Below, piece by piece: positions 10,879-20,667 of a stretch of DNA of 64,000 bases; position 1 is the stretch's first letter; every line of letters starts with the position of its first letter. Both the position numbers and the translations under genes were made by a program. The DNA is from an uncultured Pseudomonadota bacterium (GTDB lineage: Bacteria; Oederibacteriota; Muellerivitia; Muellerivitales; Muellerivitaceae), in the NCBI GenBank assembly GCA_963836235.1, contig CAWIIP010000004.1, positions 64,001 to 128,000 of the forward strand, given 5' to 3'. The notes under the pieces were generated by a model. It did not search any database. It saw nothing but the letters and a program-made list of their open reading frames with translations, and was not told the origin of the DNA.

Positions 10879-11823
10879 TTATTTGGCGGTCTTGCGTTCC
10901 CAAGGCGGGATGGGGTTGGGGCCGCCCCCGATGGTTATCTCGGGAACCTCGACCTTGTCGCCTTCCTTCAAGCCCGCCACCACCTCGACCTTTTGACCGT
11001 CGGTAATGCCGGTGGTGATTTCTTTTTTAATGGGGGTTTTCGGGTTCGCCGGGTCGTCCACCAACACCAGGGCCTTGCCATCCTCATGGGTGATGCTTTC
11101 GAAGGGCAACATCAGGGCGCCCTTCTTTTGGGCGGTAATGAAGGTGGCGTTTGCGGTCATTCCGCTTCGCATGAAGGAGGGAACGGTTTTGGGCAGGACA
11201 TCCACTTCGTAAACGGTGACGTTGTTCACGTTCTGGGCCTCGAAGGCTATCTGATCCACGATCGCGTCCACCGATTGGCCCGGATAGGCGTCCAGCGTGA
11301 TGACCGCGTCCTGGCCCAACTGGATATGGGCCAAGTCGGTTTCGTCCACTTGGGCCTTCACGACGAGATGGTCCGACATGGCGAAAAGGGCATCCCCGGG
11401 GCCGACAATTTGGCCCGGGTTCACGGCTTTTTTGATCAGGATGCCGTCCAAGGGAGCCACAATATAAACGGGTTTGAACATTTTCTCCCAATGGGCTGCG
11501 TCTTTGGGATTTTGGGCCCGGGCGGTGTCCAACAATAAGGCCCGCTCGCTGCTGCTCATCATCGCCACGATCTGGTTCTTATGGAGGGTTTGACCTTCCT
11601 TCACCAGGACCTTGTCGATGCGCCCCGCTACCGGCGGTTTTATTTCCAGGCGGTTTTCCGGCTGGACGACTCCCGTGGAAAGGACCGTAGATTGGATGTC
11701 ATCCCTGGTGACTTGGACCGATCGGTAGGTCATCACCACCTTTTTGGGTTTCATCCCCAGGTAAATTCCCCATCCCAGGACGATCAATAACAGGAGCCAC
11801 CATTTTTTTTTGAAGAGATTCAT
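10879..11823 (-). CDS. MacA-like periplasmic adaptor subunit (copy 1)
   Basis: N-terminal anchor; APLDG, QVDETD, TLDAYP, RSGMTANA and GLKEGD motifs; adjacent to macB. Confidence 0.88.
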   Translation of the reverse strand: MNLFKKKWWLLLLIVLGWGIYLGMKPKKVVMTYRSVQVTRDDIQSTVLSTGVVQPENRLEIKPPVAGRIDKVLVKEGQTLHKNQIVAMMSSSERALLLDTARAQNPKDAAHWEKMFKPVYIVAPLDGILIKKAVNPGQIVGPGDALFAMSDHLVVKAQVDETDLAHIQLGQDAVITLDAYPGQSVDAIVDQIAFEAQNVNNVTVYEVDVLPKTVPSFMRSGMTANATFITAQKKGALMLPFESITHEDGKALVLVDDPANPKTPIKKEITTGITDGQKVEVVAGLKEGDKVEVPEITIGGGPNPIPPWERKTAK

Positions 11824-11888
11824 ACCAGCCTTATCAAAATTTTTCCAATTATACCCGGGGCTTGCATGTTTAGACGTTTCAAAGAGCC

Positions 11889-12425
11889 TTAAGTACCGTA
11901 CTTTATGACTTGTCCCTCATAAGAATTATGTCCGATCCCGATATATAACGAGCCTTGATTATGGGTCAGTTCCCAATGGTTGTCCCGGCTTAAGGACGAT
12001 CCCAGGGCGTTCAAAAAGCGCTGGTCGAAGGAGTAAATGCCGATGGATTCTAGCCGGTGTACCTCCTGCGCCTGGAAATCCTTGACGAGCATTTGGCCAT
12101 CCTTGTGGGTATATATAAGAACCTGTTTGACCGATTTACAGGCCTTGTGGATGCGTTTGGCCGTGGGATTGCCGATGTCGATCCAAAGGTCGATGCCGCC
12201 GGTGAGGCCCATGACCTTGAGGGCCGGTTCCTCGGGGGTGCTGATGCCGCCGGAAAATTCCAGGCCCTCTTGGTGGTTCAAGCAATAGGCCAGGATTCGG
12301 GTGACAAAAAAAGGAATGGATTCGGAGGGGTGAAGGGCGGCCCTGAATTCCAGGGTTTGATAAAGATTCCGGTCCACGTCGGATAGGTCGATGGTGAATC
12401 GGTAGAGAGTCGAGGTTAGGCCCAA
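11889..12425 (-). CDS. yaeQ: YaeQ family protein
   Basis: LSDVDR..Y, ALHPSE, RILAYCL, G.STPEEP, LWIDIG.P motifs; AGGAG SD before TTG. Confidence 0.88.
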   Translation of the reverse strand: MGLTSTLYRFTIDLSDVDRNLYQTLEFRAALHPSESIPFFVTRILAYCLNHQEGLEFSGGISTPEEPALKVMGLTGGIDLWIDIGNPTAKRIHKACKSVKQVLIYTHKDGQMLVKDFQAQEVHRLESIGIYSFDQRFLNALGSSLSRDNHWELTHNQGSLYIGIGHNSYEGQVIKYGT

Positions 12426-12475
12426 GGGAGCTCCTGAAAAGGATGCCTTATTCTAAGAAGAACCGACAGATATGG

Positions 12476-14458
12476 CTATTCGTACCTGAGGGCCATGATG
12501 GGGCTCAGGCGGGAAGCCTTGTAGGCGGGCCAAAGGCCGAAGACCAGGCCCACCAAGGCCGAGAAGACGGTGGAGACCAGGATGGCCATGGGCGTAATAA
12601 GGGTTGGCATGGACTTCCAGAGTTCGATGACTTCCGCGAAACCCCAGCCCAAGCCGATGCCTAAAAGGCCGCCGAGAAGGCTGACAAAAACCGCCTCGAT
12701 CAGGAATTGGGAGAGGACGTCGAACCCCCGGGCGCCGATGGCCTTGCGCAGGCCGATCTCGCGGGTCCTTTCCGTGACCGAGACCAGCATGATGTTCATG
12801 ATGCCGATGCCGCCCACCAGGAGGGAAATGGCCCCGATGGCCGTCAGCAGGACCGAAAAGGTCTGCGCGGCCTGGTTCCGGACGGCCTGGATGTCGGCCA
12901 TGTTGCGGACGTTGAAGGCTTGCGAGTTGTCCGGGGTATTGGGGATGTGCATTTGGTGCATCATGAAGTTAAAGACGGAGGTGGCGACGAGGCCGGTATC
13001 GTCGCTGTTATCCGCCTCGATGTCGACCTGGTTGACGTAAAGCTTTCCGAAAAGCCGGTACATGGCGGTGGTGACCGGAACAATAATGATGTCATCCTGG
13101 TCGAAGTAACCGTTGTAACCCTTGACGGGGAGGACGCCGATGACCTGATAGTTTTCGCGGTTGATTTTAACCGTTTCTCCGACCGGGTTCGCCTTGTCCC
13201 CGAAAAGGTTTTTGATGATGGTCAAGCCGAGGAGGGCCACCCGATTGCGTTTTTTGACGTCGTCAATGGTGATGAAGCGCCCGTAAATCGGCTGGGCGGC
13301 CTTCATTTCGGCGTAGTTAGGGGTGGTTCCGGTTACCTGAGTATTCCAGTTTTTATCACTGTAGGTCGTTTGGACCCGGCCCGAGACTTCGGGGGCGATG
13401 CGATTGACCATGGGGACCGTCGCTACCGACATGGCGTCTGGAAGGGTGATGCGGCTGCTTCCGCCCACACCCTGTTGGACTCCCCCGACGGCGAGCGATC
13501 CGGGCCGCAGGGTCACCAGGTTGGTGCCAAGGGAGGCCAATTGGGCTTCGGTGGCCTTTTGGGCGCCGGTACCGATGGCCTGGCTGCCAATCACCGCTCC
13601 GACCCCGATCATGACGCCCAGGATCGAAAGGGCGGAGCGGACCTTGTTGGCCATGAGGGCCCGCATGGCCTGGCGGAAATATTCCTTTACCTGCTTTAGG
13701 CTGAAGCTGGAATGGCTGTCGGAAACGGCGTTTTTCAGGATCGCGCTGGTTTTTTCCGGCTGGGGAGGCCGGGCCGTGGCCTGGGAATTGGCCAGGTCCG
13801 TGAGGATTTTCCCGTCCTTCATGGTGATGATTCGGCGGGCGTGGGTGGCGATATCAGGCTCGTGAGTGACCAGGATGATTGTGATGCCGCTTTCGTTCAT
13901 CTTGCCCAGGAACTCGATGATGTCCTCGGAACTTTTGGAATCCAGGTTTCCCGTGGGTTCGTCCGCGAGGATGATCTTGGGTTTGTTGGTGAGGGCCCGC
14001 GCGATGGCGACCCGCTGCTGCTGGCCTCCCGAAAGCTCGTTGGGCTTATGGCCCATGCGCTCTCCCAGGCCGACCATGTTCAGGAGTTCCTTGGGGTCGC
14101 TGTGGGGGGCGTTGGGGTCGGAATAGAGAAGGGGCAGGGAAACCTGTTCCAGCGAGGAAGTGCGGGCCAGGAGGTTAAACATCTGGAAGATGAACCCCAG
14201 CGTTTGGCCCCGGACCGCCGCCAACTGGTCTTCCTTCAGGCTGGAAACCTCGTTCCCCAAAAGCTTATAGGAACCCGAAGTGGGGGCGTCCAAGAGGCCG
14301 AGGATCTGAAGCATGGTGGATTTGCCGGAGCCGGACGCGCCCATAATGGCCACGAACTCGCCCGCCTCGATCTTGAGGGAAACGCCGTTCAGGGCGCGCA
14401 CCTCACTGTCGCCCATCTTATAAACCTTATGGATGTCCGTGATCTCGATGACGTTCAA
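12476..14458 (-). CDS. macB: MacB-family ABC transporter, ATP-binding/permease fusion (copy 2)
   Basis: [39 protein letters not shown], ends ALRYE. Confidence 0.92.
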   Translation of the reverse strand: MNVIEITDIHKVYKMGDSEVRALNGVSLKIEAGEFVAIMGASGSGKSTMLQILGLLDAPTSGSYKLLGNEVSSLKEDQLAAVRGQTLGFIFQMFNLLARTSSLEQVSLPLLYSDPNAPHSDPKELLNMVGLGERMGHKPNELSGGQQQRVAIARALTNKPKIILADEPTGNLDSKSSEDIIEFLGKMNESGITIILVTHEPDIATHARRIITMKDGKILTDLANSQATARPPQPEKTSAILKNAVSDSHSSFSLKQVKEYFRQAMRALMANKVRSALSILGVMIGVGAVIGSQAIGTGAQKATEAQLASLGTNLVTLRPGSLAVGGVQQGVGGSSRITLPDAMSVATVPMVNRIAPEVSGRVQTTYSDKNWNTQVTGTTPNYAEMKAAQPIYGRFITIDDVKKRNRVALLGLTIIKNLFGDKANPVGETVKINRENYQVIGVLPVKGYNGYFDQDDIIIVPVTTAMYRLFGKLYVNQVDIEADNSDDTGLVATSVFNFMMHQMHIPNTPDNSQAFNVRNMADIQAVRNQAAQTFSVLLTAIGAISLLVGGIGIMNIMLVSVTERTREIGLRKAIGARGFDVLSQFLIEAVFVSLLGGLLGIGLGWGFAEVIELWKSMPTLITPMAILVSTVFSALVGLVFGLWPAYKASRLSPIMALRYE

Positions 14459-14539
14459 TGAAAGCTCCTGAAAAATGTCGGGGGTTGAACCGTGAAGGGT
14501 TTTTAGGAAATATCGTCCAAAGCCATGGGCCGCCGCCTT

Positions 14540-15523
14540 TTAATGGCCGCCGCCACCTCCGCCTCCACCGCTCCGGTTTCCGCCTCCCGGGCCCGCCCCG
14601 GGCATCAGGGGATTGTTGCTGGCGCCCTGGCCGCTGAATTGGGAGCTGGAAAAGGATTTGATCAAGACCTTGTCGCCTTCCGCCAAGCCGGAAACCACCT
14701 CAATCCGCTTTCCGTCGGTCACGCCGGTTTGAATGGGCTGGAATTGCGGCTTGCCTTTATCCACGGCCAGCAGGACGCCCGTTTGGCCGTCCTGTTGCTG
14801 CACGGCGTCGGCGGGTATTTCCAAGACGTCATCCTTCTCTGAAACATTGAACACGACATTGGCGGTCATTCCGCTTCGCATGAAGGCGGGAACCTGGTCC
14901 GGCCATACATCCACTTCGTAAGTGGTGACGTTGTTGACCAAAATGGAAAAATAGGAAATGCGCTTCACCACTCCGGAAAAAGGTTTGTCGGGATAAGCGT
15001 CCAGGGTGATGGTGGCATTCTCGCCCATTTTGATTTGGGCCAAGTCTGTCTCGTCCACCTGGGTATTGACCATCAGATGGTCGGACATGACCATGATGGT
15101 GACACCCGTGCTGATAACTTGGCCCGGAACGGTTGGCAAATAAATAATCTGGCCGTTTTCGGGGGAAAGAAGAGGTGTTTCCTGGTAATACTTCTCCCAA
15201 TGGGACAATTGGGAGGTTCCTTGGGCGGCGGCTTCATCCAAAACGGTGGCGCGTTCGGTGGAGCTTAACTGCATAAGCTGTTGGCCCTTTTTAACGGTGT
15301 CCCCTTCCTGGCACAGGATTTTTTCAATTCTGCCCGTGATGGCCGGGAAAATGGCCAGTTCATTATGAGGTTGGACATTGCCGGTGGCGAGAACCGTGAT
15401 CTGAAGGTCGCCCCGCTTGACGGGAACCGTCCGCATGCCGCCGGCCTGTTTTTTGTGGCTCCCGCAACCGACCCCCAGCAATGTTGCCGTCAAAATAAAC
15501 ACAAGTGAAAGTGACTTCCTCAT
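14540..15523 (-). CDS. MacA-like periplasmic adaptor lipoprotein (copy 2)
   Basis: Lipobox-like LGVGC; QVDETDLA, TLDAYP, RSGMTANV; Gly-rich tail. Confidence 0.88.
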   Translation of the reverse strand: MRKSLSLVFILTATLLGVGCGSHKKQAGGMRTVPVKRGDLQITVLATGNVQPHNELAIFPAITGRIEKILCQEGDTVKKGQQLMQLSSTERATVLDEAAAQGTSQLSHWEKYYQETPLLSPENGQIIYLPTVPGQVISTGVTIMVMSDHLMVNTQVDETDLAQIKMGENATITLDAYPDKPFSGVVKRISYFSILVNNVTTYEVDVWPDQVPAFMRSGMTANVVFNVSEKDDVLEIPADAVQQQDGQTGVLLAVDKGKPQFQPIQTGVTDGKRIEVVSGLAEGDKVLIKSFSSSQFSGQGASNNPLMPGAGPGGGNRSGGGGGGGGH

Positions 15524-16812
15524 GGAATTTCTCCTTTTCCCTCGTCGAATTCCCAGGCCGCTTGAGAACTTTTGATATTTAATTGATCCGATAACTCGGT
15601 TTTTTGTTGATTGGTGAGAGCCGTTTCCAGCAGGTTCCAGTTCACGAAAATCAGGAGGCCGTTCAAATATTCGACTTTTCCGATTTCTTCTTGGACTTTG
15701 GCCGCCTTTACTTGAAACTCCTGGACTTTAATCTGGCCCACGGCGTTCGCGTAATTGGCCCAATCGCTTTCCAACTGGCTTTCGGTTTTCAAATCGGTGC
15801 TTTGGAGGGCGTCCTGGACGCCCTGCTTGGATTCTTCGGCGCTCTTGAGGGTAAAGAGGTCGTGCCCCCCGGTGAAAAGGGGAAAGGAAAGTGAAAGTCC
15901 CGCCGACCACTCCGGCTGGGTTTCATTAAAATTCAATCCATCTTGGGAAAGGGAGGCGTTAGCTGAGAGGGTTGGCAAGAAAGCCCCCCGTGCGGTGACA
16001 TATTGGCTCTCTGAGAGGCCCAATTGGGCGACGGCCTCCAGGTGGGAAGGGGTTTGATTTGTCAATTCAATGAAGTTAGGACGGGAATCGGGAAGAGTGG
16101 GGATTTCAAAATTACCCTGCACTTCCAGGTTGCCCATCGGATTCCTACCCAAGACCTGATCCAATTGTTTTTGCGCCACCCTTGATTCCCGCTGTGCCTC
16201 AAGAACATATAATTTATCCTGTTCCACGGCGACCTGGGCTTGAAGCAGGGAACCCTTGTTGTCCGTACCACCCTCAAAATTCATTTTGACCAGGTCGGCG
16301 TTGGCCTGGTCGCGTTTTGTAATATCCTCCAAAAGGCTTATTTCCTGTTGGGAATAAAGCAAGGTGTAAAAATCAATTTTCAAGTCGTGCGAAAGCTGTG
16401 CCTTGGCTTGTTTAAGCTGGGCGCGGGCCAAATCGAGCTGGGCGTTGGATTGATCGACAGAGGCGAAATCCTTAAATCCGGAAAAGATGTCCTGTTGGGC
16501 ATTCAGGGAAAGGCTGGAGTTTTGGTTGTAATAAGGAGTGTTGAGGGCGTCACTGAACCCGCCGGCTCCCGAACGACCGATAGAAGCATTGAAAGATATC
16601 TGGGGAAGAAATTGTCCCAAACTGGCGATATGGCTGTCATCGGCCGCTGTGAGGGTTTGTTCCGCGGCCAAAAGATCTTTGTTGTGAGTAGAGGCTTCTT
16701 TGACGCATTGGTCCCAAGTGAGCGCTGGGGAATCTTGGGCGCCCAGACTGGATTGATAGATTAAAAGAATCAGCCCCGTTAAGGCGACGGAAAGAAAAGA
16801 GCGGGTTTTCAT
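15520..16812 (-). CDS. TolC family outer membrane efflux protein
   Basis: Signal peptide; duplicated (F)LP.(I/L)S.NAS motif; WSAGLSLSFPLF.GG; 4-bp overlap with the adaptor gene. Confidence 0.88.
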   Translation of the reverse strand: MKTRSFLSVALTGLILLIYQSSLGAQDSPALTWDQCVKEASTHNKDLLAAEQTLTAADDSHIASLGQFLPQISFNASIGRSGAGGFSDALNTPYYNQNSSLSLNAQQDIFSGFKDFASVDQSNAQLDLARAQLKQAKAQLSHDLKIDFYTLLYSQQEISLLEDITKRDQANADLVKMNFEGGTDNKGSLLQAQVAVEQDKLYVLEAQRESRVAQKQLDQVLGRNPMGNLEVQGNFEIPTLPDSRPNFIELTNQTPSHLEAVAQLGLSESQYVTARGAFLPTLSANASLSQDGLNFNETQPEWSAGLSLSFPLFTGGHDLFTLKSAEESKQGVQDALQSTDLKTESQLESDWANYANAVGQIKVQEFQVKAAKVQEEIGKVEYLNGLLIFVNWNLLETALTNQQKTELSDQLNIKSSQAAWEFDEGKGEIP

Positions 16813-16966
16813 GAGAGCCTTTTAGCATAAGGGGGAATGACAATCCATCTTTCAAATCGTCTTTATCAGGACCCCATCAATATTTCTGCTTCGTTTTGAC
16901 GTCAAGAACCCGGAACGAGTGTTGATGAGAAGGGTTTGCGGAGGTAAGAAATATTTTTGTTACGTA

Positions 16967-17024
16967 TTGACATAATTGTAGTAGATTGCTCAAATTGACA
17001 AGTCGTCCAAATTTGTCATAAATT
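16967..17024 (+). promoter_or_regulatory. Putative sigma70 promoter of the activator gene overlapping a NifA-type site
   Basis: TTGACA at 16967 and 16995; TGT-N10-TCA at 16977-16992 (one mismatch to TGT-N10-ACA). Confidence 0.4.
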
Positions 17025-17042
17025 CTCATTTCGAGGTTTCCA

Positions 17043-18623
17043 ATGGTGGATCATCAAAAACGTTCCCAACGAAAAATCCAAGAGCTCACGGCGCTTTATG
17101 AGATCAGCCATTCAATGGCCTCGGTTTTGGAATTCAAGTCCGTTCTCAATCATGTCCTGGAAGCCCTCGCCAATTATTTGGATATGAACCGTGGAACCGT
17201 CTCAATTTTGGATCAAAAGACGGGCCAGTTGGGAATCGAAGCCGCGCACGGATTGACGAAAGAAGAAATAGCCCGGGGCAAGTACAAAATCGGGGAAGGG
17301 GTGACCGGGAAAGTCATGGAAAGAGGAGAGCCCATGATTATTCCGGATATCGGTAAAGAACCTTTATTTTTGAATCGCACTAAATCCCGTGGGGACGTAA
17401 AGCGCCAAAATATCGCCTTCATTTGTATCCCGATAAAATTGAAGGGCGAAACATTGGGAGTCCTTTCGGTGGACCGGCTCTTCAAGGACGCGGACATTTC
17501 CTTTGAGGAAGATGTTCGCTTGTTGACGGCGGTGGCCGCGCTCATCGGACAAAACCTTAAGCTTCATCAGATGATCGAAAAAGAAAAAGAAGATTTGCTT
17601 GAAGAAAATCGTGAACTGCACAGCGAGCTCAAAGGTAAATACAAACTGGAAAACGTCGTGGGGAACTCCAAGTCGATGGTGGAGGTTTATAAATCGGTTC
17701 AAAGGGTGGCGGCTACCCGGACGACCGTCATTATTCGGGGGGAATCGGGCACGGGAAAAGAGTTGATCGCCCGGGCTGTCCATTACAACAGCCCCCGGGC
17801 TGAAAAGCCTTTCGTGAAAGTCTCCTGCGCGGCCTTGCCCGAAACCCTTTTGGAGAGCGAGCTTTTTGGCCATGAAAAGGGAAGCTATACAGGAGCTTCC
17901 GAGATGGTCAAGGGCCGTTTTGAATTGGCGGACGCCGGTACCTTATTTTTGGATGAGATCGGGGATATTTCCCAGGCCACCCAGGTCAAACTGCTGCGGG
18001 TCCTTCAGGAAAAGAAGTTCGAGCGAGTGGGAGGCACAAAAACCTTGTCGGTGGATGTCCGGATCATCGCCGCCACGAATCGGAACTTGGAGAAAGCCAT
18101 AGCGGAGGGAAAATTCCGCGAGGATCTTTATTACCGCTTGAATGTGGTGCCCATTTTTTTACCGTCGCTCCGAGAACGAAAAGAAGATATTCCCCTTCTC
18201 TTGAACCATTTTTTGGTGAAATACAACGAAGAAAATAAAACCCACTTTAAGTTGGCACCTGAAGTGGTGACCCGCCTTGTCGGTTATCCGTGGCCTGGAA
18301 ACGTTCGGGAACTTGAAAACACCATGGAGCGCATGGCGGTCATGTCGAAAGGGAATCTTCTAACCGTGGAAGATATCCCCTTGCCTCTTGATCTTTCATC
18401 AAACTATTCTCCTTCTTACCGGGATGGAGCCGACCAAGTTGCTTCGCCCAGCCTTTCCAGCAATAACACCTTATCCGAAATCGAGAAGATGAAGGTAATG
18501 GAGGCTATGGAACGTTGTGGTGGAGTCCAGGCGAAGGCTTGCAAGCTTTTAGGGATCACTCCCCGCCAGTTGGGCTATAAGCTAAAAAAGTACAAAATCG
18601 GGTATAAACCTACTTTTTTGTAA
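17043..18623 (+). CDS. NifA-like sigma54 enhancer-binding protein (GAF-AAA+-HTH)
   Basis: N-terminal GAF; GESGTGKE; [15 protein letters not shown]; LFLDEIGD; [11 protein letters not shown]; [10 protein letters not shown]; Fis-type HTH. Confidence 0.92.
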   Translation: MVDHQKRSQRKIQELTALYEISHSMASVLEFKSVLNHVLEALANYLDMNRGTVSILDQKTGQLGIEAAHGLTKEEIARGKYKIGEGVTGKVMERGEPMIIPDIGKEPLFLNRTKSRGDVKRQNIAFICIPIKLKGETLGVLSVDRLFKDADISFEEDVRLLTAVAALIGQNLKLHQMIEKEKEDLLEENRELHSELKGKYKLENVVGNSKSMVEVYKSVQRVAATRTTVIIRGESGTGKELIARAVHYNSPRAEKPFVKVSCAALPETLLESELFGHEKGSYTGASEMVKGRFELADAGTLFLDEIGDISQATQVKLLRVLQEKKFERVGGTKTLSVDVRIIAATNRNLEKAIAEGKFREDLYYRLNVVPIFLPSLRERKEDIPLLLNHFLVKYNEENKTHFKLAPEVVTRLVGYPWPGNVRELENTMERMAVMSKGNLLTVEDIPLPLDLSSNYSPSYRDGADQVASPSLSSNNTLSEIEKMKVMEAMERCGGVQAKACKLLGITPRQLGYKLKKYKIGYKPTFL

Positions 18624-18747
18624 TTAAACCTGAATAGAAGTGTTTTCTTTGAGGGAAGAGTTGGCTGTCCTTTCGAGTACTTCAAAAGCATAATATTTCC
18701 TTAATAGTTAGGTTAAATCTAAGGTTACCCCACATTTTTCCATTCTC

Positions 18748-18763
18748 TGGCAGGGCTTTTGCT
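18748..18763 (+). promoter_or_regulatory. sigma54 (-24/-12) promoter of glnA
   Basis: TGGCAGGGCTTTTGCT has exact GG-N10-GC spacing and lies between a sigma54 activator gene and glnA. Confidence 0.85.
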
Positions 18764-18979
18764 TTATGTTCAGGTCTCAATGATTTGGATAAGACTGCTT
18801 AGTGGGTGCGGAAGTCATTGGTTATTTAATTAAAGAAGGCTTTCTCCAGTTTTCTCAGGGAGGCCTTTTGGGGTAGAAGGTATGGACAACGCTTCAAGAA
18901 CGGTTGTCCAAAGAAGAATATTTATTTGTGGGCCAATATGGAGGGTCCATCTGAAATAAATTTTTAAGGAGGTCGCGAA

Positions 18980-20395
18980 ATGACGACTAAAGAAGTAATG
19001 GATTTGATCAAGCAAAAAGATGTCAAGTATGTGGATTTTCGTTTCATCGACATGCCCGGCATCTGGCAACATACGACTTCACCGGTGAAGTTTTTTGATG
19101 AGGATGTTTTCAAGGACGGAAAGGGGTTTGACGGGTCCTCCATCCGCGGTTTTCAAGCCATCAACGAATCGGACATGCTATTGATCCCCGATCCAAACAG
19201 CGCTTTTATCGATCCCTTTTTCGCCGAAACAACCCTTGTGATGACTTGTAATGTCATTGACCCAGTTACCCGCGAATCCTATTCGCGTGATCCGCGCTAT
19301 GTGGCGCAGAAGGCCGAGAAGCACCTCAAGACCACCGGCATTGCCGATATTTCCTATTGGGGTCCGGAAGCCGAATTTTTCATATTCAACGACATGAAGT
19401 TCGACCAGAACATGCATAGCGGGTACTATTCGGTAGATTCCACGGAAGGCCTCTGGAACACCGGACGTGACGAATATCCGAACTTGGCCTACAAGGTCCG
19501 TAATAAAGAAGGGTACTTTCCGGTACCCCCGACCGACAGCCAAATGGATATCCGTTCCGAGATGGTGACGATTATGCAACAAGTGGGCATTCCCATTGAG
19601 ACCCACCATCATGAGGTCGCCACCGGAGGCCAGGCTGAGATCGACATGGTGTTTGACACGCTGGTCAGCATGGCCGATAAGCTATTGAAATATAAGTATG
19701 TCGTCAAAAGCGTGGCGCGCAAGCACAACATGGTGGCTACTTTTATGCCCAAGCCCCTTTTCGGAGACAATGGGTCGGGGATGCACGTCCACCAATCCAT
19801 CTGGAAGGGCAGCACTAATGTGATGTATGACGAGAAAGGTTACGGCGGCTTGTCCCAGAGCGCTCTTTATTACATCGGGGGCTTGCTAAAACACGCTCCG
19901 GCCCTATGCGCCTTTATCTGCCCGACCGTCAACAGCTACAAACGGTTGACGCCCGGCTTTGAGGCACCGGTTAATTTAGTATACAGCCAGCGCAATCGTT
20001 CGGCGGCCTGCCGCATTCCGCTTTACTCCAAGAGTCCCAAGGCCAAAAGAGTCGAGTTCCGCACGCCGGACCCATCCTGCAATCCCTACCTGGCCTTTTC
20101 CGCCATGCTGATGGCGGGATTGGACGGTATCGAGAACAAAATTGATCCGGGCAAACCCCATGATATGAATCTTTATGAATTGGAAGGGCGGGAATTAAAG
20201 AAGATCAAGAATGTTCCCGGATCGCTTAACGAAGCTTTAGAGGCCTTAGAAGACGATCATGAATTCCTTCTTAAAGGAGGAGTTTTTACCGAAGACTTAA
20301 TCACTGAATGGGTTAACTATAAACGAAGCAAAGAGATAGACGCCATTCGTCTTCGGCCCCATCCATACGAGTTTGTGTTGTATCACGATATTTGA
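18980..20395 (+). CDS. glnA: Glutamine synthetase type I
   Basis: FDGSSIRGF, HHHEVA, ATFMPKP..GDNGSGMHVHQS, RVEFRTPD; adenylylation-site-like NLY; AAGGAGG SD. Confidence 0.98.
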   Translation: MTTKEVMDLIKQKDVKYVDFRFIDMPGIWQHTTSPVKFFDEDVFKDGKGFDGSSIRGFQAINESDMLLIPDPNSAFIDPFFAETTLVMTCNVIDPVTRESYSRDPRYVAQKAEKHLKTTGIADISYWGPEAEFFIFNDMKFDQNMHSGYYSVDSTEGLWNTGRDEYPNLAYKVRNKEGYFPVPPTDSQMDIRSEMVTIMQQVGIPIETHHHEVATGGQAEIDMVFDTLVSMADKLLKYKYVVKSVARKHNMVATFMPKPLFGDNGSGMHVHQSIWKGSTNVMYDEKGYGGLSQSALYYIGGLLKHAPALCAFICPTVNSYKRLTPGFEAPVNLVYSQRNRSAACRIPLYSKSPKAKRVEFRTPDPSCNPYLAFSAMLMAGLDGIENKIDPGKPHDMNLYELEGRELKKIKNVPGSLNEALEALEDDHEFLLKGGVFTEDLITEWVNYKRSKEIDAIRLRPHPYEFVLYHDI

Positions 20396-20416
20396 TTTCA
20401 AATAAACCGTTGTTTT

Positions 20417-20450
20417 AAAGCCCTGCTTACTTAAAGTGGGGCTTTTTTTT
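20417..20450 (+). terminator. Rho-independent terminator after glnA
   Basis: AAAGCCCTGCTT...AAGTGGGGCTTT stem followed by a T tract. Confidence 0.8.
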
Positions 20451-20667
20451 AGTGCTAAGAATTTTTTGAAGTAAAGTTTGATCTTATAGTCTTTGGAATT
20501 ATCCCGACTTGACTGTGAAGAAAGCGCTCCCTTTTGATTAGCCGGCCTATCCTTTGAAAATCACAGTGGAATTTTGCCTAAAATGAGGTATTTTTGATGT
20601 ATAAACAATCTGTCTGATCGTGAAACATTTTGGGAAACAACCGATATCGTTTTAATAATGGTGATTA

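Noticed and set aside
12570-14461. Several long plus-strand ORFs
   Set aside because: Shadows of GC-rich macB codons
17043-18623. Calling the gene nifA and inferring nitrogen fixation
   Set aside because: No nif structural genes in the window, and the architecture is shared by many activators
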